NCBI GenBank assembly: GCA_944324875.1
Contig: CALUXZ010000001.1
Coordinates: 1-38,983, forward strand
Origin: Candidatus Gastranaerophilales bacterium
Lineage (GTDB): Bacteria > Cyanobacteriota > Vampirovibrionia > Gastranaerophilales > Gastranaerophilaceae
Reading direction: 5' to 3'
DNA: 38,983 bases
Shown one piece after another: positions 35,024-38,983 of this stretch. Both the position numbers and the translations under genes were made by a program. The notes under the pieces were generated by a model. It was not told the DNA's origin, did not search any database, and saw only the letters and a list, made by a program, of their open reading frames with translations. Each line of letters begins with the position of its first letter. The stretch's first letter is position 1.

Positions 35024-35962
35024 ATGAATATAAATTTTAATGCAAATCTAAAAAATCATCCATCAAACAAAGAAAGAAATAAAGGTATAATCACAAGCTT
35101 ATTTGCAAGCGCAATAATAGGCGAAGCGGGAAACCAAATAAATACAAGGCTGCTAAACCCAAAAATCAAAAAGCTGGCTTCATCCGTAAGTGAAGAAGAA
35201 AAAATATTACTGAAAGATGCATTCAAATCCGCATATAAAAACAATAATCTAGCAAAAAAAGGTGTCAAAATATTATTTATAACTAAGGAAAATTTAGACA
35301 AAACGGCAGATAAACTCACAGATGCTTTATTGAACACAAAATTGGTAAAAGTTCTTAAAAAAATCATAGATAAAGATGCCTTAACTATTGGAATTAAGGG
35401 AAAATATATAAATATATTAAATTCTGTAATGGAAGGTGAAAATGCATTTTACTACTCAACGATAAATGGCATTATGCTTTCAGGAGAAAACAAAGGGGCA
35501 CAGCTTGCCAGTTTCCATGAAATGGGGCATGCGCTAAATCACAATTGCGGAAAATTAAGTAAAGTACTGCAGAATGTAAGAACTCCTATTGGAAAGATTG
35601 CTCCAACAGTAATTTTAATAAGCGCACTTGGTTTAAAAAACAAAAAAAACGAAATAGATGAAAACGGTCAAAAGAAAACAGGTTTAAGGCAATTTATAAA
35701 AAATAACGCAGGGTCACTTATAGCTTTAACACAATTGCCGGCAGTGCTGGAAGAAGGAATTGCAAGCTTAAAAGGGCAAAAAATGGCAAAACAGGTTCTT
35801 GTAAATTCACCCGGGCTTTTGAAAAAAATAAGGTTAACCAATTTTACCGGATTTGCAACGTATTTAATGAGAACAGCAACTTTAATAGCCTTAACCGAAG
35901 GGGCAATAAAAATTAAAGATGATATTCAAACTAAATACGAACAAAAAATAACAACTAGTTGA
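35024..35962 (+). CDS. putative membrane zinc metallopeptidase, distantly YugP-like (HExxH)
   Basis: 'SFHEMGHALNH' HExxH motif and a later 'LTQLPAVLEEGIAS' resembling YugP 'LPVEfdAS'. ~160-aa Lys-rich N-terminal region of unknown nature. Confidence 0.45.
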   Translation: MNINFNANLKNHPSNKERNKGIITSLFASAIIGEAGNQINTRLLNPKIKKLASSVSEEEKILLKDAFKSAYKNNNLAKKGVKILFITKENLDKTADKLTDALLNTKLVKVLKKIIDKDALTIGIKGKYINILNSVMEGENAFYYSTINGIMLSGENKGAQLASFHEMGHALNHNCGKLSKVLQNVRTPIGKIAPTVILISALGLKNKKNEIDENGQKKTGLRQFIKNNAGSLIALTQLPAVLEEGIASLKGQKMAKQVLVNSPGLLKKIRLTNFTGFATYLMRTATLIALTEGAIKIKDDIQTKYEQKITTS

Positions 35963-35967
35963 TTGCC

Positions 35968-38796
35968 TTATACCTTACCTTTACCACAGCATTTTTTGTA
36001 TTTTAGACCGCTACCGCAGGGGCATAAATCGTTTCTGCCTACCTTTGGCATATCTTCCTGAGGTTGCTCATCTACATAATTGGGTGTTGAATTTTTAAGT
36101 GCACGTGTAAGCTCTGTTTCACGCTCAAAATCTTCATCCATAAATGGAATATCCTCAAGAGCATTTTGATTTTCATCGATAATTTGAATACCAAAGCGAG
36201 CTCTAAACAAGTGTCTTACTGTTTCCGATTGGATATCCGACATCATGGCATTAAATAAATTGAATGCTTCTTTTTTATACTCAATAAGAGGATCTTTTTG
36301 CCCGTAAGCTACAAGTCCGATAGAATCTTTAAGTGCATCGATATTATTTAAATGGTCAATCCATTTTGAATCAATAACCTGTAAAAGAATATCACGCTCC
36401 AGCGTTCTCATAACATTATTGTCAGAAAACGCCTCTTGTTTTGGGGTATCGGGCGAACCATAACGTGCCATAACATCGTTAAAGCCTTCAACAGATGTTT
36501 CTTCCATGGTTTTATATGCTTGATTGACAAGGTTTTTAAGATAATCAGACATATCTTGGTATCTTTTTTCCATTAAATCTTCCAGGGTAACATCACTCAA
36601 TTGAGGGAATACTGAATGAATTTCATTTGTTAGCATTTTAATGTCATCTTTAACATACTCTGCAGGTGGCATATCAGGTGATATATACTGTTTTAAGATT
36701 TTATCTACTTCAAGGTTAATCATATAATCAATATCAGATTTTAAGCTCTTTGAAGCAAGAACCTTGCGCCTTTGAATATAAAATTTCTCTCTTTGAATGT
36801 TGATAACATCATCGTATTCAAGAACACTTTTTCTTATATCAAAATGATAAGTTTCCACTTTCTTTTGAGCTGACTCGATTTGACGGGTAATAAGCGGGTT
36901 TTCAATCGCCATATCTTCTTCAATATTAAGCATATTCATAAGAGCAGAAATTTTATCTCCGCCAAAAATCCTCATTAAATCATCTTCTAATGATAAGAAA
37001 AATTTAGTAGACCCCGGATCGCCTTGGCGGGCTGCACGACCTCTTAATTGGTTGTCAATACGCCTTGATTCGTGCCGTTCTGTACCAATTACGTGCAAAC
37101 CACCCAGAGACACAACTTTAGCGTGTTCTTCTTCAGTTATTTTTCTTGCTTTTGCAAGTGCAGCTTCTTTTTGGGCTTCATAATCAGGCGAATCAACAGT
37201 TACACCCATTTTATCCAGTTCTTCTTTTGCAAGATACTCAGGATTACCGCCGAGCAAAATATCAGTACCACGACCTGCCATATTTGTTGCAATTGTAACG
37301 GCATTTACTCTGCCTGCCTGCGCAATAATATAAGCTTCACGCTCATGGGCTTTAGCATTTAAGACATTGTGCTTAATGCCACGTCTTTTTAAAATTGCAG
37401 ATAAATATTCCGATTTTTCAATACTTATTGTACCAACAAGAGTTGGTCTGCCCATTTTTGCCATTTTCTCTATTTCATCGGCAACTTTTTGATATTTCAT
37501 TTCCTTTGTTTTGTAAATTACATCAGGATAATTAATTCTAATATCGGGTTTATTTGTTGGTATTTCTGTACAGGGAAGATTATAAATCTTGCCAAACTCG
37601 GCTTCTTCTGTCATTGCAGTACCTGTCATGCCTGAAAGCTTAGGATAAAGTCTAAATAAATTTTGGAAAGTAATGCTTGCTAAAGTCTGCGTTTCGTCTT
37701 GAATGGGTACACCTTCTTTTGCCTCAATTGCTTGGTGTAAACCTTCACTCCAGCGTCTGCCTTCCATAATACGACCTGTAAACTCATCAACAATCATTAC
37801 TTCGTTATTTTTTACAACGTAATCAGTGTCTTTAATAAAAAGCTCTTTAGCTTTTAGTGCTTGCAAAAGATGGTGGGCGTATTGAGTTTGCATATCAAAC
37901 AAATCAGTTACACCTAAAAGCTCACATGCCTTATCTATACCATCTTCAGTTAGAATAATATTTTTATTTTTCTCATCAACTTCGTAATGTTCAACTTTAT
38001 TCAATTGTGGTGCAATTTGTGCCATCAATTTGTACGTTTGAGCTGATTTTTCAAGGCGCCCTGAAATAATTAACGGCGTTCTTGCCTCATCAATTAAAAT
38101 ACTGTCAACTTCATCAATAATAGCGTAATTATAAGGTCTTTGAACAAGTGCTTCAAGCGAGGAGGACATATTATCACGCAAATAATCAAAACCAAATTCA
38201 TTATTTGTACCATAAGTTATATCACAAGCATAAGCAGCTTTTTTTGACTCAAAATCATTGTGTCCGGAACCTTGAGATAGTATAACGCCGACAGACAAAC
38301 CTAAAAATTCATAGATTTTACCCATCCAGTCCCTATCACGTTTTGCAAGGTAATCGTTAACCGTAATTATATGAACACCCTTGCCTGTAAGAGCATTTAA
38401 ATAAGCAGGCAAAGTTGCAACAAGGGTTTTGCCTTCACCTGTTCTCATTTGTGCAATATGACCGTTATGCAAAAATATACCGCCAATTAACTGCACATCA
38501 AAGTGGCGCATGTTTAAAACTCTTTTACCTGCTTCACGAACAGTTGCAAAGGCTTCAGGTAAAATTGAATCCAGAGCTGCTTTTTCCAATTCTCTATCTT
38601 TTTTAAAATCACTTGAAGTTTCACGCTTGGATAAAATTTCTTTAAATTCAGCAGTTTTTGCTTTCAGTTCATCGTCAGTAAGTTTAGAAAACTCCTCCTC
38701 AAGAGCGTTTATATGCTCGACAATCGGCATAATTTTATTTATTTTACGCTCATTTGGATCTTTAAAAATTTTTAAAAGAATATTAACTAAACTCAT
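35968..38796 (-). CDS. secA: preprotein translocase ATPase SecA
   Basis: 'MRTGEGKTL' Walker A, 'DEVDSILIDEARTPLIIS', 'TNMAGRGTDI' and C-terminal zinc-binding 'CPCGSGLKYKKCCG'. Confidence 0.95.
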   Translation of the reverse strand: MSLVNILLKIFKDPNERKINKIMPIVEHINALEEEFSKLTDDELKAKTAEFKEILSKRETSSDFKKDRELEKAALDSILPEAFATVREAGKRVLNMRHFDVQLIGGIFLHNGHIAQMRTGEGKTLVATLPAYLNALTGKGVHIITVNDYLAKRDRDWMGKIYEFLGLSVGVILSQGSGHNDFESKKAAYACDITYGTNNEFGFDYLRDNMSSSLEALVQRPYNYAIIDEVDSILIDEARTPLIISGRLEKSAQTYKLMAQIAPQLNKVEHYEVDEKNKNIILTEDGIDKACELLGVTDLFDMQTQYAHHLLQALKAKELFIKDTDYVVKNNEVMIVDEFTGRIMEGRRWSEGLHQAIEAKEGVPIQDETQTLASITFQNLFRLYPKLSGMTGTAMTEEAEFGKIYNLPCTEIPTNKPDIRINYPDVIYKTKEMKYQKVADEIEKMAKMGRPTLVGTISIEKSEYLSAILKRRGIKHNVLNAKAHEREAYIIAQAGRVNAVTIATNMAGRGTDILLGGNPEYLAKEELDKMGVTVDSPDYEAQKEAALAKARKITEEEHAKVVSLGGLHVIGTERHESRRIDNQLRGRAARQGDPGSTKFFLSLEDDLMRIFGGDKISALMNMLNIEEDMAIENPLITRQIESAQKKVETYHFDIRKSVLEYDDVINIQREKFYIQRRKVLASKSLKSDIDYMINLEVDKILKQYISPDMPPAEYVKDDIKMLTNEIHSVFPQLSDVTLEDLMEKRYQDMSDYLKNLVNQAYKTMEETSVEGFNDVMARYGSPDTPKQEAFSDNNVMRTLERDILLQVIDSKWIDHLNNIDALKDSIGLVAYGQKDPLIEYKKEAFNLFNAMMSDIQSETVRHLFRARFGIQIIDENQNALEDIPFMDEDFERETELTRALKNSTPNYVDEQPQEDMPKVGRNDLCPCGSGLKYKKCCGKGKV

Positions 38797-38865
38797 TAAA
38801 CTCTCCTGAATTTCTCCCTTTAAATAAATACTATCACAAAAACATAAAAAATATTTATTGTGCCT

Positions 38866-38893
38866 TTGACTAATAATTTTTATTCGATAGAAT
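38866..38893 (+). promoter_or_regulatory. sigma70-type promoter for the partial gene at the right edge
   Basis: TTGACT (38866-38871), 16-nt spacer, TAGAAT (38888-38893). Confidence 0.5.
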
Positions 38894-38926
38894 AAGCATA
38901 GTAATCATTTTGGAGAGGAGAATATT

Positions 38927-38983
38927 TTGGAACATTTACATGCTCTAACAGACCAAAATGCCGTAATAATATCAGCTTCCATT
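38927..38983 (+). CDS. 5' end of an unidentified gene (runs off the window)
   Basis: GGAGAGGAG RBS (38912-38920), then TTG at 38927. Open frame '(M)EHLHALTDQNAVIISASI' to the window end. Confidence 0.3.
   Translation, partial: MEHLHALTDQNAVIISASI

Noticed and set aside
1-38983. Search for CRISPR arrays, rRNA, tRNA/tmRNA, IS elements with terminal inverted repeats, and riboswitch-like leaders
   Set aside because: I saw no regularly spaced direct repeats, no cloverleaf-like GC-rich segments in the intergenic regions, and no transposase ORF. Leaders upstream of purH, corA, thiS, MFS and folK are too short (under ~80 nt) for known riboswitches. This was a scan by eye, so tRNAscan-SE/Infernal should confirm it.

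Overview
AT-rich, gene-dense bacterial chromosomal window in two parts. (1) ~1-6600 is an accessory island of short, poorly conserved genes. It holds a winged-helix-like orphan, an HTH-WYL-WCX regulator, and a PD-(D/E)xK nuclease preceded by a 66-aa internally duplicated protein. It also holds a divergent XRE repressor and a ~187-aa tyrosine recombinase with four copies of a 14-bp box just upstream. A minus-strand trio follows: an N6-methyltransferase-like protein with degenerate motif IV, an 87-aa orphan and a 118-aa mini P-loop protein. The island ends in ~800 bp of almost non-coding AT-rich DNA. Anything novel is most likely here, as a candidate WYL-controlled nuclease module or a candidate recombinase-linked switch/operator array. 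(2) ~6600-38983 is core housekeeping: MATE, speB, coaE, BI-1, recJ, B12-radical SAM/SDR, PfkB kinase, csaB, a hisA-hisIE fusion, hisD, DUF374, an AcsC/AcsD-like corrinoid Fe-S pair, ftsH, folK, an HI0933-like flavoprotein, corA, maf, MFS, purH, thiS-like, surE, TIGR01212 radical SAM, a YugP-like HExxH protein and secA. CsaB, DUF374 and a TonB/TolA-like protein hint at a low-GC diderm lineage (Melainabacteria- or Negativicutes-like), but taxonomy cannot be settled from this window. No rRNA, tRNA or CRISPR array was recognised. All calls come from reading the translated ORFs and the DNA by eye; no database search or statistics were run.
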